Shown here in pieces: positions 29,201-39,402 of a stretch of DNA of 64,000 bases. The notes beneath the pieces were generated by a model. The model was not told where the DNA came from. It saw only the letters and a list, made by a program, of their open reading frames with translations, and searched no databases. The position numbers and the translations under genes are program-made. The DNA lies in sequence record OR545507.1; one strand, written 5' to 3'. Within the stretch, counting starts at the first letter, position 1. Every line of letters starts with the position of its first letter.

Positions 29201-30433
29201 TTACTTATACCATTGCATTTCTCTGATATCAATGATAATTTTTGATGCTAATTTAATGTTTGGTTTTTTGGGAAGTACTGATTTCTTATATAGAACATCA
29301 CGAATGTATTGTACTTTATCATCGAAATATTCTAATACTTCTTCATACTTCCACTTACCATTACGAATATCCATCAACATTTGTGCATCAGGTCGTTTAA
29401 CTTGAATAATTCCACTCTGTAAAGCTTCTTCTGCACTATTCAAAAGTCTAATTGTGTGCATAGCATGTTTACAATCGTATCCGTGTTGTGATTCTAAAAC
29501 AGCACGTTTGGCATTACGATTTTCTTTCCATTTATGATAACTTTTCCTATTCTCACTATTCTCCTGATATTCTTTTTCGTTAAATTTTACAATTAGTTCT
29601 GGTTTGGTTTTCAACTCTTCAGTACTACGTTCTTTTGAAAAATAACGCAATGAACCATCATGGTTAATAGTGCTTTCATTAGGATTCTTAACAATCGCAA
29701 AAATGTTTTCTCCGTAATGAATTAGTTCATAACCATTATTAAAATTCAATAAATTGAAATCACGATCAAGAATTTTTTCAGTAGTGTAGTTATGCACTAA
29801 TCTTACGAAATGATATTGCTTTAATGGATTTTTCGAAACTAACTGCAATGATGTATCACGCATATATTTTTCAAAATCAATCTTTTTAGCATTAAATGGA
29901 TGTAAGTTGGATGTATCTAAACGTTCAACAAGATACTGTGGGAATGAATCATACATCCACGCAAGAACCTCATCGACAGGGTGTTCTTCTAAAATCTCAT
30001 TTAATCGTTTTTCAGCAATACGCTCTTTATCCATCCAACCGTGATGATTTGTCATACGCTTAATCTGATTATATGCATATCCAGTGTATGAAAATGCAAT
30101 CTTGGAACTAAGAAGTTTTTGGTTAAATGAACGAAGATAGTCATAAATTTCAGTACTTTCCACAATGTGTTCAGGTTCAACCCAAAGTGATTCAAGAATA
30201 TTAGGGTTAGCTTCAGTGTATAATTTTAAATACTGATTCAACTCATAGAATTTAGTATCTTCTTCGCTTTTGTCAGCTACCTCTTTGACCTTATAGAAGG
30301 GTGTAAGAATAAATTCTTTATTAGCAAGAAAAATACCACGATAATCAGTATCACTTTCCGGTGTACTGGTTCCGTAGGCTTGTGACCCAGCCAAGTGTTT
30401 CACTATTGTTTGTTCAATATATTGGTTATTCAT
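29201..30433 (-). CDS. Pol-beta superfamily nucleotidyltransferase (RlaP/DUF-type) with central insert
   Basis: GSQAYGTSTPESDTDYRGIF...ANPNILESLW; C-terminal YDCKHAMHTIRLL...LMDIRNGK. Confidence 0.85.
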   Translation of the reverse strand: MNNQYIEQTIVKHLAGSQAYGTSTPESDTDYRGIFLANKEFILTPFYKVKEVADKSEEDTKFYELNQYLKLYTEANPNILESLWVEPEHIVESTEIYDYLRSFNQKLLSSKIAFSYTGYAYNQIKRMTNHHGWMDKERIAEKRLNEILEEHPVDEVLAWMYDSFPQYLVERLDTSNLHPFNAKKIDFEKYMRDTSLQLVSKNPLKQYHFVRLVHNYTTEKILDRDFNLLNFNNGYELIHYGENIFAIVKNPNESTINHDGSLRYFSKERSTEELKTKPELIVKFNEKEYQENSENRKSYHKWKENRNAKRAVLESQHGYDCKHAMHTIRLLNSAEEALQSGIIQVKRPDAQMLMDIRNGKWKYEEVLEYFDDKVQYIRDVLYKKSVLPKKPNIKLASKIIIDIREMQWYK

Positions 30434-30831
30434 AGATAAATTGTTAACTCCTTTAAGAAACCATTATAATAACGATTAAAGTCATGTTCTAATGTTTTAT
30501 AATCATCAAAACTAAAACCTAAATTGATAATTGTATCTTCTTGAAAGAAAGTTTCTTCATTCATACATTCAATAGGTTCGTAATTAATTCCACCTTTGAA
30601 AACTTTTGTAAAAAACATTCCATCATTATTAATTTCAACATACATAAAATTATTTTCTGGGTCACGAGGACAGACGATATTCAGTGAACTATTTCCACTT
30701 GTATTGTACTCATAAGAAATTATATCAAAAGAATCAATACCATAACACTTAGATTTTTCTTTATCGCCAAATACTTTTCTATCTGTACTCATATTGCGTA
30801 TAGTGCTATAGATATCATCAACTGTAGTCAT
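30430..30831 (-). CDS. Hypothetical protein (EETFFQ family)
   Basis: Motif shared with 14225..14620. Confidence 0.65.
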   Translation of the reverse strand: MTTVDDIYSTIRNMSTDRKVFGDKEKSKCYGIDSFDIISYEYNTSGNSSLNIVCPRDPENNFMYVEINNDGMFFTKVFKGGINYEPIECMNEETFFQEDTIINLGFSFDDYKTLEHDFNRYYNGFLKELTIYL

Positions 30832-30833
30832 AG

Positions 30834-31343
30834 TTAACCACCATACTTTGACTTGTATGTTTCAAGTGATAAAGATATACGATTTTGCTTTTTAATTCTT
30901 TCATCAATATCCTTTGAATTCTTCACACTTCGGTATACGTCAGCTAATAAATTATAATCTTCTTTATTTGAGCTATGCTGTGTCCAACCTATGTCTGTTT
31001 TAATACGAACATTTGCTTTATTTGACGAGTAAAAGAAACTGAAACCATTTGACCCATCAAAAATATCAAAAGTATCTACCCAATCACCATAAGGAAAACT
31101 CATCGGGACTGACTCGTGGTCGATTGTGATATCCGATAAATTTTTTGAACAGTACTTCGCAAAGTGATAAACAATTGGATCACATTTAGATAATTCATAT
31201 TTGTATTCAATGATAGTTTTTCTATTAGCATCATTGATAGCATATTCTTTCATCAATGGGCTTTTTTTGATGATAAGAGTCCACAGAAACGATTCTAATC
31301 CGGTTTCATCAACTTTTTGTTTCTTTTTGAAAAATGAAATCAT
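30834..31343 (-). CDS. Hypothetical protein, tandem paralog 3
   Basis: KKSPL...R..IIEYKYELSK. Confidence 0.7.
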   Translation of the reverse strand: MISFFKKKQKVDETGLESFLWTLIIKKSPLMKEYAINDANRKTIIEYKYELSKCDPIVYHFAKYCSKNLSDITIDHESVPMSFPYGDWVDTFDIFDGSNGFSFFYSSNKANVRIKTDIGWTQHSSNKEDYNLLADVYRSVKNSKDIDERIKKQNRISLSLETYKSKYGG

Positions 31344-31861
31344 TTATATAAACCCTTAATTTTCTGTCTATTATGTATATCATTTTGCTGGATTTTCAAT
31401 TTAGTAAGGTTGTTTCTTACACCTTCAACTCCACGCATTATTTGTAACATAATTAGTGATTCGTCATATGTTAGTACATTGCTATTATTATCGATATATA
31501 CTTTCACTCCACTTTCAAGATAATCATTTTCTTTGGAGTTAAAGTTTCTAATAGCAAACTTAACGCCATTTGATGTATCACTGAAAACATATCGTTCCGC
31601 ACCGTAGAATGTTTTTCCACGAAATAAACCGCCGTCTTCCCACTTCCAACGACTAGATTCATAATCATTAACGTAATCAATGATTAAAGAAAGTAAAGGG
31701 TGTTTGCTCAATTTATATTTTGCATCTAACAGGATACGTCTATCATTATCTGTGGTGATAATATCCTTTAGTGAGTAGCTTTTAGATATAATTTTAAAGA
31801 TAATTTCATGCCAAATTAAAGTACTGTTTTGTTTTCCAACTGATCCAAAAAACATATCCAT
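31340..31861 (-). CDS. Hypothetical protein, tandem paralog 2
   Basis: KSYSLK...TDNDRRILLDAKYKLSK. Confidence 0.7.
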   Translation of the reverse strand: MDMFFGSVGKQNSTLIWHEIIFKIISKSYSLKDIITTDNDRRILLDAKYKLSKHPLLSLIIDYVNDYESSRWKWEDGGLFRGKTFYGAERYVFSDTSNGVKFAIRNFNSKENDYLESGVKVYIDNNSNVLTYDESLIMLQIMRGVEGVRNNLTKLKIQQNDIHNRQKIKGLYK

Positions 31862-31867
31862 TCCTCA

Positions 31868-32434
31868 TTAGTATAAATCAGTAATGTCTTTGTATGCATT
31901 AATCTGTTTTTGTTGTAATGAAAGTTCATTGAGTTTAGTTACCATTTTATCTACACCAACACGTGTATAGAAAATAATAAATGAATCTAAATTGCCTAGA
32001 GTAATTCTTGAACTGAAATTTGAAAGTTTTCTTGCATAAACATAAATTTCTTCTTCACTTGGTAAACGTTTCTCAATCGGCCAGCTTTCCACACCATTCG
32101 GCTCATAATCGATTTCAAATTCAACTCCCATCACTGTGTCTTGAATGAGATCCGTATATGAACCACCGTAAAAATACTCTCTTGGTTTGGCTCTCCAACG
32201 AGGACTAAATGGGTCAGATGCGTATTCTTTTACAAATTTGTAAAAGGACATTTTACTGAGCATATACTTCATCTCAATTAGTGCTTTGCGGTCATCATCA
32301 GTTTTAAACTCTGCTTTGAGCGATGGACTTTTACACAGTAACTTAACTAAATTGATGTACATCTTTAATGTACGTTGTTCTTTCATTTCTTTGATTTTGT
32401 GACGTTTTGGTGGCGGTAATAAAGATTTGACCAT
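31868..32434 (-). CDS. Hypothetical protein, tandem paralog 1
   Basis: KSPSLK...TDDDRKALIEMKYMLSK. Confidence 0.7.
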   Translation of the reverse strand: MVKSLLPPPKRHKIKEMKEQRTLKMYINLVKLLCKSPSLKAEFKTDDDRKALIEMKYMLSKMSFYKFVKEYASDPFSPRWRAKPREYFYGGSYTDLIQDTVMGVEFEIDYEPNGVESWPIEKRLPSEEEIYVYARKLSNFSSRITLGNLDSFIIFYTRVGVDKMVTKLNELSLQQKQINAYKDITDLY

Positions 32435-32471
32435 AATTTCCTCCTATTTTTATTCAATTATACACATAAAA

Positions 32472-32498
32472 GAAAAGCCCGTCAATAGACGAGCTTTA
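32472..32498 (-). terminator. Rho-independent terminator
   Basis: AAAGCTCGTC-tatt-GACGGGCTTT plus T-run. Confidence 0.75.
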
Positions 32499-32501
32499 AA
32501 T

Positions 32502-35231
32502 TTATTTCCAACGTGTACCTGGACCTGATGGTACACCAGTACTGGCAGGTATCGCTGAACCACGTTTCGTTGTACTTGGACGATATGTCAAAAAACGAGT
32601 TACTTTTTCTGTATCAATTGAAGTTATTCCTGAAGTTCCAGTAACTATCTTACCAATGTAAGTGCTAGTTAAAGATTCATCAATTGTTTCAGTACTAATA
32701 ACATATGACGCTTTCTTAGTATTCCTGTTCATTTGTATATACAAATAGAACGTAGTATTAGCTGGGTTACTTTTTACAGTACTTAAATCAACACTTTGTA
32801 TAGGTAGTCTGTCGAAAATTCCACCTAAAAACACCGGAACTTCACGTGTAAAGTACACTGAGAATCCTTGTGCAACGTCTTGTGATACTACCACAATCTT
32901 TTCTTTAACGCTACCATTTCCACTAATTAAACCATCCATTTCAGCAGATGTTGTACCAAAAACGCTGAATACAGATTTGGTTTGATAGTCAGAATCTTGA
33001 AAATTGTAATATCCAAAACCAACACCAGGAATAACACCATGTTGATATGCTGCACCAAGTTGGATGTAACTAGATGATAAAAAACGATTTGATGTTATGA
33101 CACCATCTACTGTTTTAGCTATCATCATCTTAAATTGTGCATTACCTGGTTGTGAAAATTGATGAACAGCATCAACACCAATGTAACCAAATCCTGAATA
33201 TTTTGCAACTGTTAGACCAGTACAACGTTTCATATATGCTTCAGTAATAATTCCTGTAACAGAACTAAGTGTCTCATATCTAGTACTTACCAATGTAGCT
33301 GAAGTTATGTTAGATCCAGATAATACAACATCAACTTCGGCATAGATTGCATAACCTTGGTTATTGTTAAGATTATATGCTGAAACTACTGCAATGGATT
33401 TAGAAAAAGTATTATCAGGTACATAATATAATACAATTTGTCCAGATAGTGTACCAACAATGCCAGAGTTTCCTAGATTAGCAAAAATATCTTGTTTTAA
33501 TGATTCTAATACCGTTGGTTCTATTGTATATGTTTCATCAAATTCTAAAGTATCTGGGTTTAATAATCCACCACTTGTTTTATATACACCTTCAATGAAT
33601 GATGTTCCATAACATCTAACACTACCATCGGTATCAACAAGAGAAATCATAGCAGTGTATGTAAAATCATCACCTATTTGTTTACGATTAGATTGTGGTG
33701 CAAAACCATTTAATGTAGTATTATTTTGAACTGAGTTATATTGATATGTTGGTTGTGAGCCTATTTCAGAAAAAACAGTATTATTATAATTATATGTTAC
33801 ATCATCATACGTACCAGAACATGCTAATAATATTTTTCTATTATCGATGAAACGTACACCTAATAGGTTTGCACCAACAGCACTACCAAAAACTGGTAAA
33901 ACGTTTGCATTTATAACGTTACTTGCGGATCTAGTACTAGCAACCCATGAATCAAACGGTGTACCACTAACCTTATATCGTTGTAGACCATAAAATTCAG
34001 TTGAACTCCATCTAAATTTAGATGCAAATACTAAACCATCTTTGGTTTGACATAAACCACCTGCGTTTCCTAATACACCAGCAGCAGTTGTCCCAGTAAA
34101 GTTGACCATATTGATTTCAAATGGGTTAGAAACTTGAAATCCATTATCATATGAAACTGTAGCAGGAGCACGAGCAGAACCATCTAGTGACATAGATTTT
34201 GAGTTTATATTATAAACAAAACTGATACCAGTACCATACACTGTTGAAATATATAAAGGTGTAACCATTCTATGGGTTGGGTATAAAGTTACACGTATTT
34301 TGGATAAATCAGTACTAACGTTTGCTTGTATATTAAAGTCTGTATAATCCGAAAATTCTACACGTGAGACTGGTGATGTAACTTCGAATAATGAATCCGA
34401 GCTAGTACCAACACTATATAATCTATCAAACACTCTTATGTTATTAGATGCAGAATAACTTGTATTTCGAACAGTTTGCCCTGATAATCCAGTAACTTTT
34501 GTTAATGATGCCATTGAGCTTGCTTTCACATCACTTAGCTCTACTGTATAAATTGAAAGTGCTAATCCTAAATTAGAAACACTTTTATCTTTACACCAAA
34601 TATATACTTTTGTTCCAACAATATGAGTATATATAGGCATATCATTACCAAAAGAAGTACTTGGTACTTTAGCATGAATATGTGATACTTCGTTGAATGT
34701 ACCATTAGTTATAGTAAAAATATAATTATCTTCTGTACTTAAACATCCAAGCATTTCATAACCATTAGAGCCAATAAAATACTTAATATTCTCTGTACTA
34801 CTCATAATTGAAGGTTTATACATTGAATTGGTTGAAATAACACTTTCTTGTGAAATCATGGTTATATTTCTGATTTCTCGTATAAATGAATAATAAAAAC
34901 CTTTAGTACTACCATTGGTTCCGCTACGCAGAACAACGGCGGTTCCATCATCTTCAATAATTGTTGGCTGAACTACTTGGTCACTTGACATAGGTGTAGC
35001 ACCTTCATACGACCCACTTACGTTTAATGGCAAGTAATCCATTTCTCCTACACGTGATATAGGCAACATATCTAAAATACTTTGAACTTCTGAACGCTTA
35101 TATATTGGATATTGAACAATTCCAGTATTGGCATTCGGTGAGGTTCCATTAAAAGTACGCATAGCGTACCTTTGTCCAATTGCCAAGTTCCCAAGGATCT
35201 CGGCACTTCCTATAATTCGTTTTGATGACAT
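32502..35231 (-). CDS. Large virion/tail-fibre-like beta-rich protein
   Basis: AAGGA RBS before ATG at 35231 (MSSKRIIG); Ser/Thr/Gly-rich; paralog of 35847..38543. Confidence 0.65.
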   Translation of the reverse strand: MSSKRIIGSAEILGNLAIGQRYAMRTFNGTSPNANTGIVQYPIYKRSEVQSILDMLPISRVGEMDYLPLNVSGSYEGATPMSSDQVVQPTIIEDDGTAVVLRSGTNGSTKGFYYSFIREIRNITMISQESVISTNSMYKPSIMSSTENIKYFIGSNGYEMLGCLSTEDNYIFTITNGTFNEVSHIHAKVPSTSFGNDMPIYTHIVGTKVYIWCKDKSVSNLGLALSIYTVELSDVKASSMASLTKVTGLSGQTVRNTSYSASNNIRVFDRLYSVGTSSDSLFEVTSPVSRVEFSDYTDFNIQANVSTDLSKIRVTLYPTHRMVTPLYISTVYGTGISFVYNINSKSMSLDGSARAPATVSYDNGFQVSNPFEINMVNFTGTTAAGVLGNAGGLCQTKDGLVFASKFRWSSTEFYGLQRYKVSGTPFDSWVASTRSASNVINANVLPVFGSAVGANLLGVRFIDNRKILLACSGTYDDVTYNYNNTVFSEIGSQPTYQYNSVQNNTTLNGFAPQSNRKQIGDDFTYTAMISLVDTDGSVRCYGTSFIEGVYKTSGGLLNPDTLEFDETYTIEPTVLESLKQDIFANLGNSGIVGTLSGQIVLYYVPDNTFSKSIAVVSAYNLNNNQGYAIYAEVDVVLSGSNITSATLVSTRYETLSSVTGIITEAYMKRCTGLTVAKYSGFGYIGVDAVHQFSQPGNAQFKMMIAKTVDGVITSNRFLSSSYIQLGAAYQHGVIPGVGFGYYNFQDSDYQTKSVFSVFGTTSAEMDGLISGNGSVKEKIVVVSQDVAQGFSVYFTREVPVFLGGIFDRLPIQSVDLSTVKSNPANTTFYLYIQMNRNTKKASYVISTETIDESLTSTYIGKIVTGTSGITSIDTEKVTRFLTYRPSTTKRGSAIPASTGVPSGPGTRWK

Positions 35232-35247
35232 CTTTCTTTTCCTTAAT

Positions 35248-35835
35248 TTACCAACCAATTGTACCAGTTTCTGATGGTTTTCCAGTACTGACTGGGAATG
35301 AAGAACCTTTTTGTGTAACACTAGGTCTATATGTACTAAATCTGGATACTTTATTAATGTTTATATTTGTAATACCACTTGTACCAACGGTCAGTGTTCC
35401 AATAAACATTATAATTTCAGATTCTTGTATTTGTGTTGGTGATATTTTATAAATTGGTTCACCGAGAACTAACGTTGCATATACATATTGTGTTTGTGTT
35501 CCAGATGAAACAGTTGAAGCAAAAATAGAAACTGCTGGAAATTTATAAAGATAACCACCAATAAATGATGGTATCTGTCTATTAAATGTAAGACTATAGC
35601 CTGATGAAGTAATATTTAGACTAGCGTCATCATACAATTCTCCGTATTGTGTAAGTGGTAATCCATTGACAATAAAGTTAACTTCATCTTTGGTAATAGA
35701 GGGGAATGTACATTCCCCATTTGAATTTGTTGGGTAATAAGTCATATTATTACCTAATACACCAAGTCCAGTACTTTTACCCTGTACTGTAACTTGTTGC
35801 ATTGCCTTAAGGTCTGCTCTTATTTTAAATGCCAT
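35248..35835 (-). CDS. Short paralog carrying the shared C-terminal domain
   Basis: Ends TYRPSVTQKGSSFPVSTGKPSETGTIGW. Confidence 0.7.
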   Translation of the reverse strand: MAFKIRADLKAMQQVTVQGKSTGLGVLGNNMTYYPTNSNGECTFPSITKDEVNFIVNGLPLTQYGELYDDASLNITSSGYSLTFNRQIPSFIGGYLYKFPAVSIFASTVSSGTQTQYVYATLVLGEPIYKISPTQIQESEIIMFIGTLTVGTSGITNININKVSRFSTYRPSVTQKGSSFPVSTGKPSETGTIGW

Positions 35836-35846
35836 TATGTAATCCT

Positions 35847-38543
35847 TTACCAGTTTATGGTTCCTGTTTGTGATGGTAGACCGTAGCTAACTGGGAACGA
35901 TGAACCTGCTGATTCAAGTGAAGCACCAAATATATCTAAACGTGAACGTTTTTGTATATTAATAGTTTCGATTTGAATTGCGTTAGTTTGAATAGTACCT
36001 ATCCAAAAAATATTATATGCAGTTGTTCCTGTTTCGGAAATAACATCAGTAGTTATGTAGTAGTTTGCCAACCCTTGTTCTAATTTAACATATACATAAA
36101 ATGTTGTATTTGCTGGATTAGATTTTATAGTTCTCAAATCAATATTTGAAACTGGTAGTGTAAAAGACTTACCTGATAGTATAACTGGTGTTTCCTCTGT
36201 AAAATAAACAATAAACCCTTGAGCAACGTCTTGTGATACTACGTTAATTGGGCTACCTTGTGGAGTCCAGTTATTATAGTCGGCTATCGTTGTTCCATAT
36301 TTTTGAAATGACATTTTATTTGTATAATCCAGTGGATCAAAAATACCAAATCCAATACCAGGCAACGCAGTGGGTTGTCTTCCTTGTTCATAACTGGCAT
36401 GAGAACCAGTAATAACAAAACTTGTAAATTGTGCAGTTGATTTAGTTACATATGCTCTAAATTGATGAGTTGCTGTATTTCCTATTGTTGGATGTGTTAA
36501 TGGGTCAGAACCACCAATGAAGTAGAATGAACCACCATCATAAATTGTTAACCCAACAGAAGAAGATGCAATCGAACCATTACCATTAGGTGTAAAGTTT
36601 TCACCATATGTATTTTCTAGTACTAAACGCTTAAAGGTAATAGATGTTATATTTCCAACTCTAGTATTAACGTTAACTTCAGCAATTCTAATATAGTTTT
36701 TATAGTCATTTGTTATAGTACTCAACATAACAAAAGCCGGAATGTCAGTTTGTTGTGGAACAAATAATGTCATATCACGATAAGCTTGTGAAGATAAGTT
36801 CCAGTCACTTAGAACTTTAGCATATTCTGTATTTCTAAAGTTATCTAGAACTGATTGTGTAACACTAATAACACCAGTACCATTTAAGTTTTTATCATAT
36901 GAAAATGATTGTGAATAACGTTGACCAACCATAAAAATACCGCCATTAGTTGTTACAGTTGAACCTGAAATACTACTAATGAAAATTCTATTATTGGCAT
37001 TATCATCTACATAACCACGTTCAGTTGTAGGTTCATAACCTTGTATGGTTCCTAAAGATAATGATTTAAATGTAAAATTAGGAGTACTTTTATGAACTGC
37101 ATATGATGGTCTAAACCCACCACTACCAGACGCACGTGAATATTGTTTAGTACTATTATCTGGTAACAACTCCACACCATTAATAAATGAACCAACTGCT
37201 GAACCAAAGGATGGTCTAACAACTCCACCTTTAAAATCAGTTGATTGTACTGCACGAACGTTAATCATACTATAAACAATTTGTATAGGAAACTTTGCTT
37301 TTTGCATAAGTAATGGTTCTGCTAAGTTTGGACACACAGTACAAAAAGCTTCACCTGAACTTAAGTAAAAATAAGAACTATAAATGTTTCTTGCATTAGC
37401 ATGATTATATAATGGATCATTATTTAAAACGTTACCTGTAGGCACTAATGCAGAACCAGTATTGGTTATAACCAATGGTGCTTGATATGAACCTATGTCA
37501 TTCCCAGCGTCTAGGGTGCATTGTTTAGTACTCATATTAAATGCAAAGCTGTAGCTATGTTGTGGTCGGGCATTATATGTCGCCATTGTAAACCATGCAT
37601 CACCATTCATTCTAAAACGAAAGTTCTGTGTTCCTGGTTGCTGTGCAACATACAAATCAATGGATGTCATATAAATCCCAATACCACGTAGGTTTTGTGG
37701 TACATACACATAAGGCTTATCTGCTATATTAGTTGAAGTTACTTGATTAGTAATAACCATGTTATTCTGTGCAGAATAAGTTGTATTATAGAATGTTTTT
37801 GTAGTCCATCCTGTAATACGAGTTGCCGTATATGTTCCATTGCTAATATTATATACAACTCGGACAACAACTAACTGTAGTTGGTTATTTTCATTAAGAA
37901 CACTAAAGACATAGATTGAACCATCTTCAGCCATCATTGCAAATTCTATACCACCTTCAGGGCAAATATCTGCTTGATTTACAAAAAAACCAGTATGTAA
38001 TTTATCATCTAATGTACCATTAGTAATAGAAATAAACAATCCATTAGTACTGTTAGAAGTGTCTACATATCTACCGAGTAAAATATTTGGATCAGTATTG
38101 TATAAGCCAATTGCGACGCGATTTGAACCGAAAAAACCAGGCTTGTATTGACGACTGGTGTTAATTGTACGGCTCATGTCATCAACTGATAATGCGTTAG
38201 CCAAATATGAATAATATAATCCCTCAACACTACCGTTTGTACCACTACGTAATAATACGAGTGTACCATCGTTTTCTAATAAAATTTTATTTCTACGTTG
38301 GGACTGGTTTTCAGATGCACCATTGAAATCACCAGATACACCAGCAGGAAGATAGTTTTGTGACCCATAATGGGAAATTGGCATCATACTGACGATATCT
38401 AGTACTTCATCTCTTGAATAAGTATCTAGCTCCATATTGCCATTAGCATCAAATACTTGATCATTGATACCTTGTATTGTTCTTTTACCATTAACTGTCA
38501 CATTATGTGTGACATCCAAGCCACCATATATTTTCTTTGACAT
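35847..38543 (-). CDS. Large virion/tail-fibre-like beta-rich protein
   Basis: LLENDGTLVLLRSGTNGS shared with 32502 gene; late promoter upstream. Confidence 0.65.
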   Translation of the reverse strand: MSKKIYGGLDVTHNVTVNGKRTIQGINDQVFDANGNMELDTYSRDEVLDIVSMMPISHYGSQNYLPAGVSGDFNGASENQSQRRNKILLENDGTLVLLRSGTNGSVEGLYYSYLANALSVDDMSRTINTSRQYKPGFFGSNRVAIGLYNTDPNILLGRYVDTSNSTNGLFISITNGTLDDKLHTGFFVNQADICPEGGIEFAMMAEDGSIYVFSVLNENNQLQLVVVRVVYNISNGTYTATRITGWTTKTFYNTTYSAQNNMVITNQVTSTNIADKPYVYVPQNLRGIGIYMTSIDLYVAQQPGTQNFRFRMNGDAWFTMATYNARPQHSYSFAFNMSTKQCTLDAGNDIGSYQAPLVITNTGSALVPTGNVLNNDPLYNHANARNIYSSYFYLSSGEAFCTVCPNLAEPLLMQKAKFPIQIVYSMINVRAVQSTDFKGGVVRPSFGSAVGSFINGVELLPDNSTKQYSRASGSGGFRPSYAVHKSTPNFTFKSLSLGTIQGYEPTTERGYVDDNANNRIFISSISGSTVTTNGGIFMVGQRYSQSFSYDKNLNGTGVISVTQSVLDNFRNTEYAKVLSDWNLSSQAYRDMTLFVPQQTDIPAFVMLSTITNDYKNYIRIAEVNVNTRVGNITSITFKRLVLENTYGENFTPNGNGSIASSSVGLTIYDGGSFYFIGGSDPLTHPTIGNTATHQFRAYVTKSTAQFTSFVITGSHASYEQGRQPTALPGIGFGIFDPLDYTNKMSFQKYGTTIADYNNWTPQGSPINVVSQDVAQGFIVYFTEETPVILSGKSFTLPVSNIDLRTIKSNPANTTFYVYVKLEQGLANYYITTDVISETGTTAYNIFWIGTIQTNAIQIETINIQKRSRLDIFGASLESAGSSFPVSYGLPSQTGTINW

Positions 38544-38577
38544 TATATATCCCTTATAAATTAGATATTAGTTAATG

Positions 38578-38585
38578 TATTTATA
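38578..38585 (-). promoter_or_regulatory. T4 late promoter TATAAATA
   Basis: Exact T4 late consensus about 35 nt upstream of ATG 38543. Confidence 0.75.
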
Positions 38586-38593
38586 TACATAAC

Positions 38594-38616
38594 AAAAAAG
38601 CACCCAATGGGTGCTT
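38594..38616 (-). terminator. Rho-independent terminator after nrdG
   Basis: AAGCACCC-att-GGGTGCTT plus T-run. Confidence 0.8.
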
Positions 38617-38619
38617 ATG

Positions 38620-39090
38620 TTAAAAATCTTTATTTTTATATAGTATTCTTTGATTATTTGAACCACGGAAAGGTAATTTTAAATTCTTTTCGGACTCGAT
38701 AAACTTACCATCAACTAATACATCTAAGTACTGAAGTATATCTTTAGCATGATTTTTCATAATCTCATCTAAAGTATACCCACTCCAGCACCAAATAGTT
38801 TTACTAGGATAAGTTTCTTTAACTACTTTGCATAGATTTAAAACTTCATCTATATTCTTTTTCATTAATGGATCGCCGCCTAGAAGTGACAAACCACTAA
38901 CATATGGTTTTTTTAGTTCCTGTAGTATAATCTCAACTGTTTCAGTACTGAACTCTTGTCCACTTCGGTAGTCCCATGCTTCTTCATTGAAGCAACCATC
39001 ACATCCGTGCGAACACCCACTAACAAATAAAGAGCAGCGAACGCCCTCTCCATTTACTAAATCATCCTTGATTATCGTCTGGTAATTCAT
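38620..39090 (-). CDS. nrdG: Anaerobic ribonucleotide reductase activase
   Basis: LVNGEGVRCSLFVSGCSHGCDGCFN (CxxxCxxC), GLSLLGGDP, FRGSNNQR. Confidence 0.95.
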   Translation of the reverse strand: MNYQTIIKDDLVNGEGVRCSLFVSGCSHGCDGCFNEEAWDYRSGQEFSTETVEIILQELKKPYVSGLSLLGGDPLMKKNIDEVLNLCKVVKETYPSKTIWCWSGYTLDEIMKNHAKDILQYLDVLVDGKFIESEKNLKLPFRGSNNQRILYKNKDF

Positions 39091-39394
39091 CTAATATTGC
39101 ACTCACTATTTCGACAAGAACATCGCCGTGACATGATTTTGGTTTACAGAAACAACCAAGGCGTTTCCCTGCGAGTTCAAGTAATTCATCAATCTTAACT
39201 TCTCCACAAGAAATACGTTCAATAATGTATTCTCTGAATTTTTCAATTGATTCTTCTCTTGTACTAACAATGAATTCGGCTTTAGTTTGTTTATCTTTAA
39301 TATGGGTAAATGGGTTTCCCCATTTAGACCCACGTCCAATATACACATCATACGGTTCTTTGTATTTGTTAACCACAATTGGCTTTAAATCCAT
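39062..39394 (-). CDS. DUF4326-like protein
   Basis: YDVYIGRGSKWGNPF...LGCFCKPKSCHGDVL. Confidence 0.8.
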   Translation of the reverse strand: MDLKPIVVNKYKEPYDVYIGRGSKWGNPFTHIKDKQTKAEFIVSTREESIEKFREYIIERISCGEVKIDELLELAGKRLGCFCKPKSCHGDVLVEIVSAILDELPDDNQG

Positions 39395-39402
39395 AATTTA
39401 CC

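Noticed and set aside
32502-35321. ORF-track N-terminal extension overlapping the 195-aa gene
   Set aside because: AAGGA-ATG at 35231 gives a non-overlapping start resembling the paralog
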